DNA of 64,000 nucleotides from contig NW_025767286.1 in NCBI RefSeq assembly GCF_003918875.1, forward strand, positions 434,001-498,000, given 5' to 3'. The position numbers were made by a program, and so were the translations under genes. The stretch comes from Haliotis rubra. Taxonomy: Eukaryota. The notes under the pieces are model-generated. The model had not been told where the DNA came from. It saw only the letters and a list, made by a program, of their open reading frames with translations, and did no database searches. Below, one piece after another: positions 62,682 through 64,000 of this stretch (position 1 is the stretch's first letter; each line of letters starts with the position of its first letter).

Positions 62682-62817
62682 GGCCCCGTTTCACAAAGCG
62701 CTCGTAAGCCTAAGATCTCGTAACTTTTCTCGTAGCACCCGTACCTCCTATACTATAACATAGGAGGTACGAATGCTACGAGATCTTAGGCTTACGAGAG
62801 CTTTGTGAAATGGGACC
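62682..62817. mobile_element. Different hairpin MITE at the paralogous site
   Basis: GGCCCCGTTTCACAAAGC...GCTTTGTGAAATGGGACC after the same CCAG. Confidence 0.85.
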
Positions 62818-63083
62818 CTCAGCGACCTGACCACCCGATCCCGTCAGTCGCCTCGTACGACAAGCGTGTGCTGCTGAAGACCAATTCTAACCCGGATGTT
62901 CAAGGGTGTCACCTAATTCTCGAAAGGTTCGTAGCCCTAAGAATTCTTAACTTTGATCGTAGCCAATGTGTTAAGAATGGGCTTAAGAAGTTCGTAGGGC
63001 TTAAGAAGTTTCGAGAATAGCTAGCCTGGTGCGGAGCAAATGGGTTAAAGATATATCATGACTTGCAGACGGGCGTAGCTGTT

Positions 63084-63806
63084 TTATTACCCACGTGGTC
63101 AACGTATGGGAGTTGCATACTAATCTCGTACGTCACGTGTGTCGTATCGCGTTGACCTGTGTCGTAACGACTTGACCTGAGATTCTAACGATTTGATTGG
63201 ATAACCGATGACCTCTCAGTTAGGTCATGTTGTGACGGAACTACTTTTTTCATTCATAACAAACACGTGGATCCATTCATTCTACAACTAAATGCATTGT
63301 GGGAATGTAAACATCGCGAACGTTGCCGTGTCGCTGTTTTATTGTGAGTCGAACTGAGACATTATACCCGTCGAAAACGTAAACGCAATGTTTCCACCAG
63401 TGATGTTAGCCGAATGAAGCAACTGCAAACCAAGAAACGGGGTGCTACGGGTAGTTTACTGTAGGAGGCTGTACGAGAGGCGAAGACAACTGACATGCAT
63501 CGTGACGTCGGTTACCAAGGCAGTGACGTCATTACGGTGTGACGTCATGCAAATATTGTACTACAGTACAAAACTCTTCCGCAACCTCTTTATGAAACCG
63601 GTTTCGGTTTGGAAACCAAAATATTAACAAAACTACGTTATTTTGTCAATTTAATGCATGTAAGACGTGGGTAATAAAAAAAATACCACACTCGGTCTCA
63701 TTACATACGAATTATACGAAACTCGTGACCTTCCTATGTTATCTGACCTCGCTTTCGCTCGGTCAGATACCATAGGAAGGACACCTCGTTCATATAATGC
63801 GTATGT
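63084..63806. mobile_element. Copy-2-specific insertion with the same hairpin plus inverted-repeat architecture
   Basis: TTATTACCCACGT / ACGTGGGTAATAA inverted repeats, long hairpin 63702-63806; empty site gctgtttgtact at ~55700 in copy 1. Confidence 0.7.
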
Positions 63807-64000
63807 TGTACTTGTGGGGATTACTGCCAGTTTAACCGTGCTGGCCATGAGATACCATGCAGCAGGTTAACATGGACACCAGACATGGTATACCGACTCT
63901 GTTCGGGGCAGGCCTTGTTACCAGGGTAACAACCATGCTAACATTTCACGCTGTCAGAACGTTATGCTTTCGTTGTTACAACGTTATTCTGTGGACTCCC

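Larger units (their letters stand above)
56904..64000 (+). repeat. Tandem segmental duplication, copy 2 (runs off window)
   Basis: Same order of SINE A, Tc1, SINE A, V-SINE, 50-bp satellite and family B, with substitutions and copy-specific indels. Confidence 0.93.

Overview
Animal genomic DNA, most likely from a gastropod mollusc (inferred from the SINE repertoire; abalone-like). 1-29.3 kb: two spliced genes arranged head-to-head around a short CpG-retaining promoter with cell-cycle-type motifs. TPX2 is on the minus strand (13 exons reconstructed by hand, 3' end beyond the window start). CIAPIN1/anamorsin is on the plus strand (6 coding exons, ATG to stop). Each gene shows one apparent +1 frame problem, probably assembly indels, though the TPX2 one could be an alternative donor. 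29.3-64 kb: no recognisable host gene. It is a mosaic of SINE-like families, decayed Tc1/mariner, Harbinger and Kolobok-type elements, MITEs, Penelope-type hammerhead remnants, a 61-bp satellite with a full CRE site in nearly every unit, and a ~7.7-kb tandem duplication whose copies carry different MITEs at the same nucleotide. Most intriguing: (i) a high-copy non-tRNA short retroelement with a fixed 5' end and a covarying, pseudoknot-capable RNA structure; (ii) repeated CCWGG-specific MITE targeting; (iii) the CRE-array satellite; (iv) a templated insertion that copied a TPX2 splice donor. All coordinates and translations were read manually, and no database search was run.
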